From a bacterium (GTDB lineage Bacteria; Bacteroidota; Bacteroidia; NS11-12g; UBA9320), in contig JAAEYY010000005.1 of the NCBI GenBank assembly GCA_018223105.1, forward strand, positions 918 to 64,917: a stretch of DNA of 64,000 bases, given 5' to 3'. Both the position numbers and the translations under genes were made by a program. Positions 9,475-20,265 of the stretch are shown here, in pieces; position 1 is the stretch's first letter; each line of letters starts with the position of its first letter. The notes under the pieces are model-generated. The model was not told where the DNA came from. It did no database searches and was given only the letters and a program-made list of their open reading frames with translations.

Positions 9475-10272
9475 ATGAAAGGCAAGAAACCCGCACATAA
9501 TAAGCCGCTCCGATCTAAAAACACTACAAAGCCCGAACAAGTTTTGGATCCGAATGAACCGGTAAGGCTCAATAGATATATTTCAATCTCAGGTCTTTGT
9601 AGCAGAAGAAAGGCCGATGAATGGATTTCGGAGGGCCGTGTGAAAGTGAATGGAGTTGTTGTAAAAGAGCTTGGTGTTAAAGTTTCTGCTAAGGATAAAG
9701 TGTTGGTAGACAACAAGTTAGTTACTCCCGAAGAAAAGAAGTACGTGGTGTTAAATAAACCTAAAAACACAATCTGCACTAAATCTGACCCCGAAGGAAG
9801 AAAAACCGTAATTGATCTATTGCCGGATGATTTGAAGCACCTCAATCCTGTGGGAAGGTTAGACCGCGATACAACGGGTGTAATTATATTGACAAATGAC
9901 GGCGACCTGACACAGGCTCTGCTTCATCCGAGCAAAACAGTAAGGAAGATTTACAAGGCAACTTTAAATAGAGTGCTTAGCCAGGATGAATTGAATAAAT
10001 TGGTAACGGAGGTAGAACTTGAAGACGGTCCTTTTTTCTTTGATAAACTTGCGGAGCTTAATGAAGATGAACTTCCTAGATACGGTATTGAAATTCACAG
10101 CGGAAAGAATAGAATTATAAGAAGAACTTTTGAAGCGATCGGCGCTCAGGTTGTGAAGCTTGACAGAGTTAGGTTTCATAATATCGAGAGACGAGGCTTA
10201 AAAAGAGGAGAGTGGAGGTTGCTGAAAGACAAAGAGATAAGAGGTTTGGGTGTTAAGCCAAGACAGGTTTGA
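9475..10272 (+). CDS. rluB: Pseudouridine synthase, RluB/RsuA family (S4 domain plus catalytic domain)
   Basis: Basic N-terminal tail, S4-like RLNRYISISGLCSRRKADEWI, and catalytic GRLDRDTTGVIILTNDG. Confidence 0.85.
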   Translation: MKGKKPAHNKPLRSKNTTKPEQVLDPNEPVRLNRYISISGLCSRRKADEWISEGRVKVNGVVVKELGVKVSAKDKVLVDNKLVTPEEKKYVVLNKPKNTICTKSDPEGRKTVIDLLPDDLKHLNPVGRLDRDTTGVIILTNDGDLTQALLHPSKTVRKIYKATLNRVLSQDELNKLVTEVELEDGPFFFDKLAELNEDELPRYGIEIHSGKNRIIRRTFEAIGAQVVKLDRVRFHNIERRGLKRGEWRLLKDKEIRGLGVKPRQV

Positions 10273-10309
10273 CAATACAAATACATTACATTTACTATCT
10301 TTGAATTGT

Positions 10310-11179
10310 ATGAAGTTGAATGCTCTAGCCGTTTTAGGCCTCATAGTTTTCTTTAGTGCATGTACTGAAACACCACCAAGTGTTGATTTCAGTAGCCCGG
10401 AACTTTTTCTCATCAAAGAAGAGTCTTCAAAACTGAATGAGTCTGAAAGACCGGACCCCCAATTTAAAAATGCTTTGTTGGAGGACATCACAGGCGTTAG
10501 ATGTACTAACTGCCCGGATGCAGCAAAGAAGGCAAAAGCAATTAAGGATGCTAATCCCGACAGAGTAGTTCTGGTAGGGGTTTATACCTCTCTGTATACT
10601 AACCTCACTCAACCACACCACGACGATCTTGACCTCCGAACTCAAGTTGCCACGGATATTCATGGAGTTTTATATGGCTCGCCTCCACTGCCCGGAGGAG
10701 GAGTAAATCGAGTTAAGTTTGATGGGCAAAGCGGCATTACCTTGCTCAAAGAACAATGGGCAACAAGAGTAAACGATCAACTAGAAGAAATTTCTGAGGT
10801 AAACCTAGACGCAAATCTTGAGTGGGTGAACGACACGACGGTTGACATTAATGCAGTAATCCATTTCAACAAAGACAGAGATGATCAAGTGTATTTCAGC
10901 ATCATGATGTTGGAAGATGGTTTAGTAACAGCACAATCAGATAAACCGGGATTGATTGAAGAATACGAGCATGAACACGTGCTTCGTAAAATGTATACCC
11001 CTTATAACGGAACTCCTCTTATAACCGAAGCGGAAGAAGGAGAGCAGCTCACCATTTCTTGGAGAGTATATCTTCCTGATAATGTGAGCTTTGACAAATC
11101 TTCTCTCGTTCTTTTTCTCAACTTGAATGAGGATGATACTAAGGAAGTATTGCAGTGCACGGAGTTAAAACTCTATTGA
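10310..11179 (+). CDS. Lipoprotein, possibly an Omp28-related outer-membrane protein (hypothetical)
   Basis: The ATG at 10310 gives MKLNALAVLGLIVFFSAC (a lipobox). The track ORF began at an upstream GTG. It has a CxxC-like GVRCTNCPDAAKKAK segment. The family assignment is tentative. Confidence 0.4.
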   Translation: MKLNALAVLGLIVFFSACTETPPSVDFSSPELFLIKEESSKLNESERPDPQFKNALLEDITGVRCTNCPDAAKKAKAIKDANPDRVVLVGVYTSLYTNLTQPHHDDLDLRTQVATDIHGVLYGSPPLPGGGVNRVKFDGQSGITLLKEQWATRVNDQLEEISEVNLDANLEWVNDTTVDINAVIHFNKDRDDQVYFSIMMLEDGLVTAQSDKPGLIEEYEHEHVLRKMYTPYNGTPLITEAEEGEQLTISWRVYLPDNVSFDKSSLVLFLNLNEDDTKEVLQCTELKLY

Positions 11180-12063
11180 AAAATCCGGAACTCGAAGAAG
11201 AATTTAAAGATTTCCTGAAGCTCGAACGCTCTTTGAGTAAGAACACGGTGAGCGCTTATATGAGCGATATCCAAAAACTGTCTTCTTTTTTTGGTCAAAA
11301 GTCATATCTCGGAATATCAGAACAAGAAGTCCGATCCTTTTTATCCAACCTACAATCAATGGGCTTGTCGGTGCGAAGCACCGCACGTGTAATTTCCGGA
11401 CTCAAGACCTTTTATAAGTTCCTGGTTTCTGAAGACTTTATTAAAAGCAACCCCCTGCAGATGGTGGAAACACCCAAGCTCGACAAAAAGCTTCCGGAAG
11501 TTTTAAGCCATGAAGAAATAATGGCAATTATCGGCGAGATAGACCTATCAAAACCCGCCGGTGAAAGAGATAAAACGATAATAATGATTCTCTATGGTTG
11601 TGGTCTCAGGGTGAGTGAGTTAACCGCTTTAAAAATCAACGACATTTTCTTTGACGAAGGGTTTATCAAAGTAGTAGGCAAAGGCAATAAAGAACGATTA
11701 GTGCCAATTGGAAAACAAACGCTTAATCAGATAAAATACTACATTGAGGCATTTAGAGCCAAACAAAAATCTTCATCTGAATCAGGTGGCGTGCTTATTC
11801 TGAATCAACGAGGTTCTGCGTTAAGCAGGGTTTATGTTTTTAAAATGCTTCAGAAACTAGCAGCTCAAGCAGGTATAAAGAAGAAAATTAGTCCCCATAC
11901 TTTACGGCACTCCTTCGCAACCGTTCTTATTGAAGGTGGAGCAGATTTGCGTGCTGTGCAACAAATGTTGGGTCATGAATCTATAACCACAACCGAAATT
12001 TACACCCACCTAGATAGATCCTATTTAAAATCAATAGTAGAACAATATCACCCAAGAGCATGA
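11176..12063 (+). CDS. xerD: Tyrosine site-specific recombinase XerD (chromosome dimer resolution)
   Basis: C-terminal catalytic region has R...HTLRHSFAT...GHESITTTEIYTH with the catalytic Tyr. I chose the TTG at 11176, which overlaps the upstream TGA, because it gives a typical short N-terminus before FKDFLKLER. An alternative GTG lies at 11155. Confidence 0.8.
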   Translation: MKNPELEEEFKDFLKLERSLSKNTVSAYMSDIQKLSSFFGQKSYLGISEQEVRSFLSNLQSMGLSVRSTARVISGLKTFYKFLVSEDFIKSNPLQMVETPKLDKKLPEVLSHEEIMAIIGEIDLSKPAGERDKTIIMILYGCGLRVSELTALKINDIFFDEGFIKVVGKGNKERLVPIGKQTLNQIKYYIEAFRAKQKSSSESGGVLILNQRGSALSRVYVFKMLQKLAAQAGIKKKISPHTLRHSFATVLIEGGADLRAVQQMLGHESITTTEIYTHLDRSYLKSIVEQYHPRA

Positions 12064-12365
12064 TTGTATATAATGTAACATTGGCCATTCAGCCAGACAC
12101 AGAACAAGAGTTTATGGACTGGCTAAGAGAAATCCACCTTCCTGAAGTATTAGAAACCGGACTTTTTTTAAAAGCAGAAATATTCAAAATAATTGAGAAC
12201 CCGGATGAACGAATTCATAATTCTTACGCCGTTCAATATCAACTTGAAAGCTGGGAGAATTATATAAAATACCGCGATAATCACGCAGCAGCACTTCAAG
12301 CGAAAACTAAAGAAAAGTATGGCGACAAGGTGCTGTCATTCAGAACCTTTTTGGAAAAACTTTAA
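12060..12365 (+). CDS. DUF4286 family protein
   Basis: The 101-aa MIVYNVTLAIQPDTEQEFMDWLREIHLPEV... pattern is typical of Bacteroidetes DUF4286. It overlaps the xerD stop by 4 nt. Confidence 0.55.
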   Translation: MIVYNVTLAIQPDTEQEFMDWLREIHLPEVLETGLFLKAEIFKIIENPDERIHNSYAVQYQLESWENYIKYRDNHAAALQAKTKEKYGDKVLSFRTFLEKL

Positions 12366-13622
12366 AGTGTTACTTAAGCCTATGCTTGCAAGAATAATTA
12401 GGAACAACTGAAGGGGTATTGCAAATCTGTAAGCGCCAACCGGCCCCGTTATTCCTAAGAAGTAAATAGAGATTGCCAGGGTTACGATTAAGAAGGACCT
12501 CCCGGATTTGAATAAACCCAAGAAGGCAAAGCCAAGTTTTAGTATAGATAAAACGCTGAGTATGACTAAGAGATAAAAGGCGAAGCCATGCTTTTGTAGT
12601 TCATTAAACAGCTCCTTCCATTTTCCGGCATATAGCAAGGGCGTTAACTCTATTGTAGCAGTTTCTGCACCTAGAAAAGTGTAAATCTCATATCGACCTG
12701 GATCAATAAGCATTTTAATTATTCCTGTAATATGAACTTTTAGATAGGCTATAGGATTCTTTCTTAATTCAGAATAAAACAGTTCGTCCATTGATGAGCA
12801 ATAGGTCTTAAATTCAGCCGGATTAACGGGCACTGCGAAGCCATCTTTATTCATAAATGAATTTACCGAGTCTATTCCCTGACTTTGTGCCACCATTAAC
12901 TTTCCATTATACTGTGCTTTATTAATTGAGGAGATACTACTGAAATGAAATACTCCCGTATTATGATAATTGATCCATGAAAAAAGGACGATTACCATTG
13001 CGGGTAGGATGTTAATTGCTCCTAGTTTTTGCTTGCGCGATGATATTAAGAGGTAAACACACCAAATCACGATCATTGGCCATAACACAGGTTTTGTTAA
13101 TACGCCGATACTTAGAAGCAAGGAACAGTAGTTGAGTAATTTTGAGTTTTTCGACTTGAGGAAACGATAAAAACATAAGGCAGAAACGGCCATCACTGTG
13201 GCTAGAAGCAAGTCTGAAAGTTGAAATGTTAGGGTGAAGAAAATCGGAACATTCACAAGGTTAAGGAGGGAGTAGAATAAAAGACTCTTTCGGTCTGCGT
13301 AACCTAGCTCTCTCATAAAGATTAAACCAACTAGGAATATTACCAATAGTAAACCGAGTTGCAGAAAACGAAATATGCTAAGATCTTGATTTGAGTTAAT
13401 GCCTAGAAAAATAGGATAAGCCGGGGTTCTCTTGGAGTAGAGCCTCATGTCTACTTCGTTCTTGGAGTTGATAGCCCCTGCATAGTGAAGTCCTTTGTTT
13501 TCCAGGTTTAAAGCGAGATCTACATACTCTTTGGAGTCACGAATTTCTGAATGAGAGTGGCTTTTTTCGTACCACATTAAACCCAGAGCTAAAGCAACAA
13601 TAAATAAGATGATCGTCTTCAC
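12336..13622 (-). CDS. Polytopic membrane protein (hypothetical; GT39/ArnT-like topology)
   Basis: 428 aa with many hydrophobic segments and a GTG start. No sharper motif is visible. Confidence 0.45.
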   Translation of the reverse strand: MKTIILFIVALALGLMWYEKSHSHSEIRDSKEYVDLALNLENKGLHYAGAINSKNEVDMRLYSKRTPAYPIFLGINSNQDLSIFRFLQLGLLLVIFLVGLIFMRELGYADRKSLLFYSLLNLVNVPIFFTLTFQLSDLLLATVMAVSALCFYRFLKSKNSKLLNYCSLLLSIGVLTKPVLWPMIVIWCVYLLISSRKQKLGAINILPAMVIVLFSWINYHNTGVFHFSSISSINKAQYNGKLMVAQSQGIDSVNSFMNKDGFAVPVNPAEFKTYCSSMDELFYSELRKNPIAYLKVHITGIIKMLIDPGRYEIYTFLGAETATIELTPLLYAGKWKELFNELQKHGFAFYLLVILSVLSILKLGFAFLGLFKSGRSFLIVTLAISIYFLGITGPVGAYRFAIPLQLFLIILASIGLSNTLKFFQKGSE

Positions 13623-13655
13623 TAGCTCAAAATAAGGTAAACTATTGTTTAGAAA

Positions 13656-15410
13656 CTAAGGAGTAGGAGAATTGCCTAATTCGTTATATCGTTTTCTAGC
13701 TTCGATTACATATAAGCTTGAAGTATAATCAATGATGATTCTTTCGTACAAACTCTTTGCTTCCGAGCTGTTTTTGTTTACATGCTCTTGAATCTCAGCT
13801 GCATTGAATAAAGCGTTATCTGCTAGTATGTCATAAGGGTAGTTATCATATACCATGGCGTAGAACTTCAAAGCCTTATCAAACATTCCTTTTTTTGCCA
13901 TAACCCTTGCTTTTAAATAATAAATTTCGTCTTCTAAACTGTGATCCGGAAATTTAAAAGGTAGCATGTTAAGGATTTGAAGGCACTCATCGGGTTTGTT
14001 TTGAAACAGCAAAAACTGAGCTCTTGCATATTCTTTCATAGCATCTTCTGTGCTATCTAAGCCAGTATTGTCTTGTATTAAAAGAGACAACTCAATGGCA
14101 TTATTGCTGATAAGTTGAGTTGTTGCTGTCTTGAGAATGTCCAACTGATCTCGGGCCCAATCAAAATCACCGGTAAAGTAGGAGAGGCGTGCAGCTCTGA
14201 ATTTTGCCTCCTGACCCAATGGGTCTTCCTTAAACTCTTTATCTACTTGCCCGTATAACAACTTTGCTTCCCAAATCTCACCTTGAATTAAATATGCATC
14301 TGCTAGTAGAAGTTTACATTCTCCCCTGAAGTTTGGATTCAACTGAGCGATGGCAATTAATCGTTCCAGTATTTCAATACTTCTTCGGGTATCATTAGCA
14401 TAAAACAGTTGTAGTTCTGCAAGTCTCTTAGCACTAGAAGCTGTCCTAGCAGAGTAGCCATACTTCTTAACGAATGCCTCAAACTCCTTTATAAGGTTTA
14501 CAACCCCGGCAGAATCCGGCTCATAGGCTTCTGTAATTTTCAAGTATAAGGTTCGCAATAGTCCTTCTTCACCTTCAACATATAGAAAGTTGCCCTGGCC
14601 TTTTTCAAGGATGGCTCTGTAACACATTTCAGCTACTTCATACTCTTTGTTACTAATGCATTGATATGCCAATTCAAGAAAGCGCCGACCGTCTTCCCTA
14701 TTTCGCTTATCCATTGCATATACCTGATTATAAGCGGCTTTATACTTCTTTTGCTGAATATAGATTCGCATTAATAGCTCGTCAAAAACAGTTTGGTTTG
14801 GATACTTTTGAGTATATAACAAAACTTGTTTTTGAACGATAATCGAAGACTCTTCTTCTTCTAGGGCATTGCCAAACAGTCTCATAACCATATCAATGTT
14901 GGAAGGCTGATCTCTCAAAACCTCCAATCCCATTTCAGTTAATTTTTCTGTTTCTCCCGTAATTCGGTAAAGAACCATGAGGTGTTGCCAGAAATAGGCC
15001 GGTCCTAGGTGTTTTACAGCCTCTTCATAGCACTTTATTGCCCATTGGGTATACTGCCTCTTTTGAAACGCCTGAGCTAAGGCATAAGCAGTGTTACGGT
15101 CTTTTGAGTATAGCTTAATCAGGTCGTCGTAATGCTCTTGTGCATCTTCATCCCGTTCAAATATGAGATAAACATAGCCAAGGTCAACTTCGTAGTTAAA
15201 TGCTCTTGGATATCTTTTGATTTGCCTTTCAACCAGCTTGATTGCTTCTTTTTCTTCTTCCAATGCAATTAACGAACTCAGGTAGTTTTCATAAATGTAA
15301 ATGGAACCCGGTTTGTCTCTATGAATCTTTTTGTAAAGCGTTGCTGCTTTGTCAAACTCGCCATTAGAAAAATACTGAGCAGCCAATTCTTCATCATTGC
15401 CCTGACTCAT
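13656..15410 (-). CDS. Tetratricopeptide-repeat protein
   Basis: 584 aa with repeated TPR-like helices (AxxFxxxxYxxA patterns) and an ATG start at 15408-15410. Confidence 0.7.
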   Translation of the reverse strand: MSQGNDEELAAQYFSNGEFDKAATLYKKIHRDKPGSIYIYENYLSSLIALEEEKEAIKLVERQIKRYPRAFNYEVDLGYVYLIFERDEDAQEHYDDLIKLYSKDRNTAYALAQAFQKRQYTQWAIKCYEEAVKHLGPAYFWQHLMVLYRITGETEKLTEMGLEVLRDQPSNIDMVMRLFGNALEEEESSIIVQKQVLLYTQKYPNQTVFDELLMRIYIQQKKYKAAYNQVYAMDKRNREDGRRFLELAYQCISNKEYEVAEMCYRAILEKGQGNFLYVEGEEGLLRTLYLKITEAYEPDSAGVVNLIKEFEAFVKKYGYSARTASSAKRLAELQLFYANDTRRSIEILERLIAIAQLNPNFRGECKLLLADAYLIQGEIWEAKLLYGQVDKEFKEDPLGQEAKFRAARLSYFTGDFDWARDQLDILKTATTQLISNNAIELSLLIQDNTGLDSTEDAMKEYARAQFLLFQNKPDECLQILNMLPFKFPDHSLEDEIYYLKARVMAKKGMFDKALKFYAMVYDNYPYDILADNALFNAAEIQEHVNKNSSEAKSLYERIIIDYTSSLYVIEARKRYNELGNSPTP

Positions 15411-15484
15411 CGCCTGTAAGCCGATACCGAAAAACAGTATGAATATTAGTGTCCTGATTACGTTTGCTTAAACGAAAATATACG

Positions 15485-16384
15485 TCAAATATTCTTATCT
15501 AACACATAAACGAGAGAACTGGCTTTGCTTTTATCGACTAAGCCGCGGATAAATGACATGAAACCGATAAATACGGTCCAGGGAAGGAAGGTGAACTTTG
15601 GTTTGTATTCAGCACTAACCATGGAATTGTAAAATGGGTCGAGTGGAAGACGATAGATCTTTTTCACGCTAAAACCTCTGTCTGACGCAAACTTTGTGAA
15701 GGTCTTATCGTCGAAATGCCACAAGTGACGCGGAACGTCATAACCATTCCAAAACTTTTTGTAGTAAGATGCTTCTAAACAATGATAGTTTGGCATAGCA
15801 ATAACGAGTTTACCATCCTTGTCTAAGAGTTGATCAAAAGCCTTGAAATATTCGTCGTAGGTGTAGACGTGTTCGAAGACGTGCCATAGCGTGATGAGGT
15901 CAAATTTCTTATCTATTCTACCCCCGGTTAAATCTTCCGGCGGTAAAGCATCAATGTTAAACTTGGTTTTACATAAAGCTCTGGCTGTTTCGCTGATTTC
16001 AACACCAAGACACTCAAAACCATTTTGTTGCATATGATTGAGAAAGTAACCTGATCCTGATCCAACATCCATCAATCTCTTGCCTTTGCTTGTTTTTTTC
16101 AGCATCGACAATTTCTGCTTTAGCATAATTTTTCGAGCCTGATGGTATACTTTAAAAATGATACCCGAATCGGAATCACTATGCTCTACATAATTCACAT
16201 CATCGTAAAATCTTCCCACAGATTCCGGTGCAGGTGCATCTTGGGTAAAGGTGAAGGTACAACTAGTGCACTGATAGATAGAGAATGGTTCTTTGGTTAC
16301 CAGCCAGTCCTTTGCTTCCAAAAAGAGTTTGAAGTCGTTTTGACCGCAAACAGGACATTGTGTGATGTGAAATGTTGATTCCAA
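15485..16384 (-). CDS. Class I SAM-dependent methyltransferase with N-terminal Zn-ribbon
   Basis: CPVCG...CTSC zinc ribbon, then the SAM-binding motif LMDVGSGSGYF. TTG start. Confidence 0.75.
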   Translation of the reverse strand: MESTFHITQCPVCGQNDFKLFLEAKDWLVTKEPFSIYQCTSCTFTFTQDAPAPESVGRFYDDVNYVEHSDSDSGIIFKVYHQARKIMLKQKLSMLKKTSKGKRLMDVGSGSGYFLNHMQQNGFECLGVEISETARALCKTKFNIDALPPEDLTGGRIDKKFDLITLWHVFEHVYTYDEYFKAFDQLLDKDGKLVIAMPNYHCLEASYYKKFWNGYDVPRHLWHFDDKTFTKFASDRGFSVKKIYRLPLDPFYNSMVSAEYKPKFTFLPWTVFIGFMSFIRGLVDKSKASSLVYVLDKNI

Positions 16385-16439
16385 TGTTTTCCTAAGGCTG
16401 GCAAAGTAAAATAAATTAGGCGAGATAATAGAATCCTCT

Positions 16440-16447
16440 TACCTTTG
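16440..16447 (+). promoter_or_regulatory. Putative Bacteroidetes sigmaA -7 element (TAccTTTG) for guaB
   Basis: Matches the TAnnTTTG consensus about 38 nt upstream of the guaB ATG. This is a motif match only. Confidence 0.25.
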
Positions 16448-16484
16448 TGCGGCAAATAAATTACACGCTTAATTTTATTTGCTA

Positions 16485-17954
16485 ATGTCAACAGATCTAT
16501 CAAAAATCTCATACGAAGGACTCACATTTGATGATGTTCTTATATTACCGAGATACTCAGAAGTCCTTCCTAGAGAAACAACTACAACAACTCAGTTAAC
16601 AAAAAATCTGCAAATCAATATTCCTATTGTGTCTGCAGCAATGGATACTGTTACTGAAGCAGACCTTGCTATTGCACTCGCACGGGAAGGCGGAATCGGC
16701 ATAATTCATAAAAATATGACGATTGAAGAGCAAGCAATGCAGGTTAAAAAAGTGAAAAGAAGTGAAAGTGGGATGATTAAAGACCCTATAACACTTACTG
16801 ACCACCACAGCCTGGAAGATGCTCTCAATGTAATGAAGGATAATAAGATTGGGGGTATTCCGATTAACAATGACGAAGGTCGATTAATTGGTATTATTAC
16901 AAATCGCGATTTGCGTTTTCAAGTGGACATGGGTACTCAAATTGGTGAGATCATGACCAAAGAAAACCTAATTACTACAGATGAGCACACCGATCTTAAA
17001 AAAGCTGAAGCAATCCTTCAGAAATATAAAATTGAAAAGTTACCGGTTGTAGATGATGAGTTCAGGCTTCTAGGTCTTATCACATTCAAGGATATTCAGA
17101 AAGTGAAGAGTCATCCAAAAGCTTGTAAAGACAAAGATGGGAGACTTATGGTTGGAGCCGCAGTTGGCGTAACTCACGATACAATGCAAAGAGTACATAG
17201 ACTTGTTGAAGAAGAAGTAGATGTAATAGCCATTGATACTGCACACGGTCATTCTAGAGGAGTGGTTCAGGAGCTTAAGAAAGTGAAAGAAGCTTATCCG
17301 GATCTTCAGGTAATAGTAGGAAACGTCGCAACTGCTGAAGCAGCCAAATATCTCGCTGAAAATGGAGCAGATGCAGTTAAAGTAGGTGTTGGACCGGGAT
17401 CTATTTGTACAACCAGAGTTATTGCGGGAATAGGGGTTCCTCAGCTTAGTGCAATTATGGAATGTGCTGAAGCATTAAAAGGAACAGGAGTTCCGGTAAT
17501 TGCAGACGGTGGTATCAGATACAGTGGAGACCTTGTAAAAGCAATTGTTGCAGGAGCAAGCACTATTATGGCCGGAAGTATCTTCGCCGGTACCGAGGAA
17601 AGCCCTGGAGAAACGTCATTTTACGAAGGTAGAAGAGTTAAATCCTATAGAGGAATGGGTTCTATCGAGGCCATGAAGAAAGGCTCAAAGGATCGATACT
17701 TCCAGGATGCGGAAGACGAAATCGCAAAACTGGTTCCCGAAGGGATTGTAGGTACAGTACCCTACAAAGGCAAACTTTCAGAAGTGGTGTATCAATACAT
17801 TGGAGGATTGCGCGCAGGAATGGGATATACCGGGTCTAAGACTATTGAAGAGCTTCAAGCGGCTCATTTCACTCGAATCACCAATAATGGTATGAGAGAA
17901 AGTCATCCGCATGATATAACGATCACCAAAGAAGCGCCAAACTACAGCCGCTAA
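16485..17954 (+). CDS. guaB: Inosine-5'-monophosphate dehydrogenase
   Basis: Tandem CBS domains inside a TIM barrel, catalytic loop [11 protein letters not shown], 489 aa. The ATG at 16485 is preferred over the track's TTG at 16479. Confidence 0.92.
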   Translation: MSTDLSKISYEGLTFDDVLILPRYSEVLPRETTTTTQLTKNLQINIPIVSAAMDTVTEADLAIALAREGGIGIIHKNMTIEEQAMQVKKVKRSESGMIKDPITLTDHHSLEDALNVMKDNKIGGIPINNDEGRLIGIITNRDLRFQVDMGTQIGEIMTKENLITTDEHTDLKKAEAILQKYKIEKLPVVDDEFRLLGLITFKDIQKVKSHPKACKDKDGRLMVGAAVGVTHDTMQRVHRLVEEEVDVIAIDTAHGHSRGVVQELKKVKEAYPDLQVIVGNVATAEAAKYLAENGADAVKVGVGPGSICTTRVIAGIGVPQLSAIMECAEALKGTGVPVIADGGIRYSGDLVKAIVAGASTIMAGSIFAGTEESPGETSFYEGRRVKSYRGMGSIEAMKKGSKDRYFQDAEDEIAKLVPEGIVGTVPYKGKLSEVVYQYIGGLRAGMGYTGSKTIEELQAAHFTRITNNGMRESHPHDITITKEAPNYSR

Positions 17955-18865
17955 GGTGTAAGAATTAATTTCTTGTTCTGATATACTGTCCAGGAGCTAA
18001 ACTGGTCTAAAAGTGATTTGCCCAACAAGGGTTGAGGAATGTTGTCTGCTAAGGATACTTTCACATCCTTTAAAACAAAGTTTCCAATTTGAAATTCGGC
18101 AATAATAGCTTCTTCAGTGTTGAGCTTACTACCGTCAACGAGTTGATAATCACCGGTTTTCCCGGTGAATTTTATGTTGTTACTATCAGAATCAAGTACA
18201 AAGCTTTTAGGTAGAATAATGTCAGAAGCTCCACTGTCTAGAATGAGGTAGATCTCCCGGCCATTGACCGTCACTTTTACTTTGAATACAGAGCCTTCAT
18301 CAATTAAATTTAAGGTGTCGGCAGGCATGGAACTGTTTATCCCTTCATATACAGGGTGACTTCCTGAACTCGATAGACAATCGCCGTAAAGTTCAATGGA
18401 CTTAATTGCTGATGGGTCACTCATCCATGCTGTGTCAGCAGTGTTAAGTGACTTCGATTTTTCGAGAACGCATTCACAGAAAGAATAAAAATCGTAGCGA
18501 TCCAATGCGGGGTTTTTCTTCACCTTTTCACGCATATCTGCAACACAACGATCAACCAATTCTTGCTGCTTTAATTGGTAGGTATAAGAAATAAACTGCC
18601 AAGTGAGAAGGGAGAAGATCACGATCACTGAATAGAAAACAGCGGTATTTATTCGGACTAAACTCTGTTGCGTTCTTTTTGATCCTAAACGTATAGCTAT
18701 GATCAATAAAAGCACAATGAGCAATAGCAAGGTTGATCCAAAAACGATAGCAAAAACAAGACTTGGATTAAGTTCAGAGGTATTAAAACGAGACACCATC
18801 CAGCTCATAATGAGTAAGAGCGCAATACCTATGTACCAGTGGTATATCTTTACATTAAAAAGCAT
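17951..18865 (-). CDS. Membrane-anchored retropepsin-like (clan AA) aspartic protease
   Basis: Two N-terminal TM helices. The C-terminal domain has [22 protein letters not shown] (D-S/T-G-A active site). The start ATG overlaps the upstream gene's stop by 1 nt. Confidence 0.65.
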   Translation of the reverse strand: MLFNVKIYHWYIGIALLLIMSWMVSRFNTSELNPSLVFAIVFGSTLLLLIVLLLIIAIRLGSKRTQQSLVRINTAVFYSVIVIFSLLTWQFISYTYQLKQQELVDRCVADMREKVKKNPALDRYDFYSFCECVLEKSKSLNTADTAWMSDPSAIKSIELYGDCLSSSGSHPVYEGINSSMPADTLNLIDEGSVFKVKVTVNGREIYLILDSGASDIILPKSFVLDSDSNNIKFTGKTGDYQLVDGSKLNTEEAIIAEFQIGNFVLKDVKVSLADNIPQPLLGKSLLDQFSSWTVYQNKKLILTP

Positions 18866-20229
18866 TACTCACCTTCTTTCATTGCGCGTTTATAGTCCGG
18901 ATGTTCTATCAGTTCTTCAAAGTTTGAGGGAGGGCTGTCTTTAAGAAAAATGGACCAATATGCAGACTTTGTCATACTGTCCCAGTGTAACATTCCCCAG
19001 CTGTATTGTTTAACCTGCAGTTGATTCAAATGAACCAAGAATGCAAAAACCAGAGCGATAGGTAGTTTGATAAACCACTTCATTCTTATAATAAGTTCAA
19101 TAAGCGAAGCGAGGCCTATGGCCATAAAAGGGTAGGTCTCAATCATTACCCTACTACCAAAACTTCCTCCATACCACCAGCACCACCAGCTAAATACAAC
19201 ATATGTAAAGGGCAATAAAATGAGCAGAATGGTCTTACTTATTACCTTATACTTTGCTTTGAATATCAAGCCTAAAAGAGCTATGAACATTATAGGGCTG
19301 TATACAAACCAACCTTTTCTATAGCTAAATAAGCCGTCTAGCCAATGCGGTTTCAAAAAGAAAAACCCTTCTTCATCGTAAGAGTAGAATATAAACTGAC
19401 CAACCGCCACTTTCCAGTACATCATTTGCGGGATCCAAGGAATTAAAGCACAGAAAATAAAAAGGATGATATTACCCGGTTTTGTTAAGAAATGAGTTCT
19501 TAACACAGGAAAGTATTTCTTACTGAATCCCAATAAAAAAGGGATAAGGCAGAGGAGAAGGTTGGTGGGTCTTATCAAAACTATCCACCCAAATATTATA
19601 GCTATAAGTGCTAGAACAATAGGTTTGGGTTTCTTAAAATACAGAAGGCAGAGCAGCAATAAAAAGGTGAGTAACAACAAGCTGTAAGGGTGGCTAAGGC
19701 CGGGTGCTCCACTAATGTAGTAAAACAAATTACTGCCGGCATAAATGAGCATTAAACTTAAACCTGCAACTAAGTCGCTATACAATAAACGAAGGAGAAT
19801 GAACATTAATAGCATGACGATTAAACCAAAAAACAGAGTATTGATGTTCATTGCCATTTGGTAAGGCATAGAGAAGCCATTTCGGTTGTATTCGGGGTGT
19901 TTTTTTACGTACTGATCTGCAATCCAGAAACTTGGAGCATAAAAATAGGCAAGCCCAATACTCATTTTCTGGAATACAGTGTCGCCTCTTTCATTTACCC
20001 AGAGGTGGTCAAGTGGCTCATTCTGAGGTAGGGTATAACGGAAATCAAACTTTAAATCATCGTAGATAAATACTGCAGGCAAATAGGAATAATATGATGT
20101 AATATCATGGATTATTGATCTATTTTGCCTCCAACTACCCACCCTATAGGCATCTTTCATGAGCATTATGGTAAGAATGATCATGATTAGAATGGAAATA
20201 GGACTTCGTTTTATAAAACCGGGTATCAA
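18865..20229 (-). CDS. Polytopic membrane protein (GT39/ArnT-like topology; hypothetical)
   Basis: 454 aa with about 11-12 TM segments. TTG start, and internal starts are possible. Confidence 0.45.
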   Translation of the reverse strand: MIPGFIKRSPISILIMIILTIMLMKDAYRVGSWRQNRSIIHDITSYYSYLPAVFIYDDLKFDFRYTLPQNEPLDHLWVNERGDTVFQKMSIGLAYFYAPSFWIADQYVKKHPEYNRNGFSMPYQMAMNINTLFFGLIVMLLMFILLRLLYSDLVAGLSLMLIYAGSNLFYYISGAPGLSHPYSLLLLTFLLLLCLLYFKKPKPIVLALIAIIFGWIVLIRPTNLLLCLIPFLLGFSKKYFPVLRTHFLTKPGNIILFIFCALIPWIPQMMYWKVAVGQFIFYSYDEEGFFFLKPHWLDGLFSYRKGWFVYSPIMFIALLGLIFKAKYKVISKTILLILLPFTYVVFSWWCWWYGGSFGSRVMIETYPFMAIGLASLIELIIRMKWFIKLPIALVFAFLVHLNQLQVKQYSWGMLHWDSMTKSAYWSIFLKDSPPSNFEELIEHPDYKRAMKEGE

Positions 20230-20265
20230 GCTCTTAGATTATAAGAAGGCAAATATAAGTTCCGC

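Noticed and set aside
7309-10272. Impression of slightly higher GC in the ybeY, type-B-CTD and rluB stretch as a possible horizontally acquired island
   Set aside because: The difference is modest and judged by eye only. The genes include core functions (ybeY, rluB) in ordinary synteny with mnmG, and there are no mobility genes or repeats at the boundaries.
11155-12063. XerD-like tyrosine recombinase as a marker of an integrated mobile element
   Set aside because: It has a full XerD-type catalytic signature and housekeeping neighbours (rluB, DUF4286). There are no flanking tRNA, direct repeats or cargo genes, so it is consistent with the chromosomal dimer-resolution XerD.
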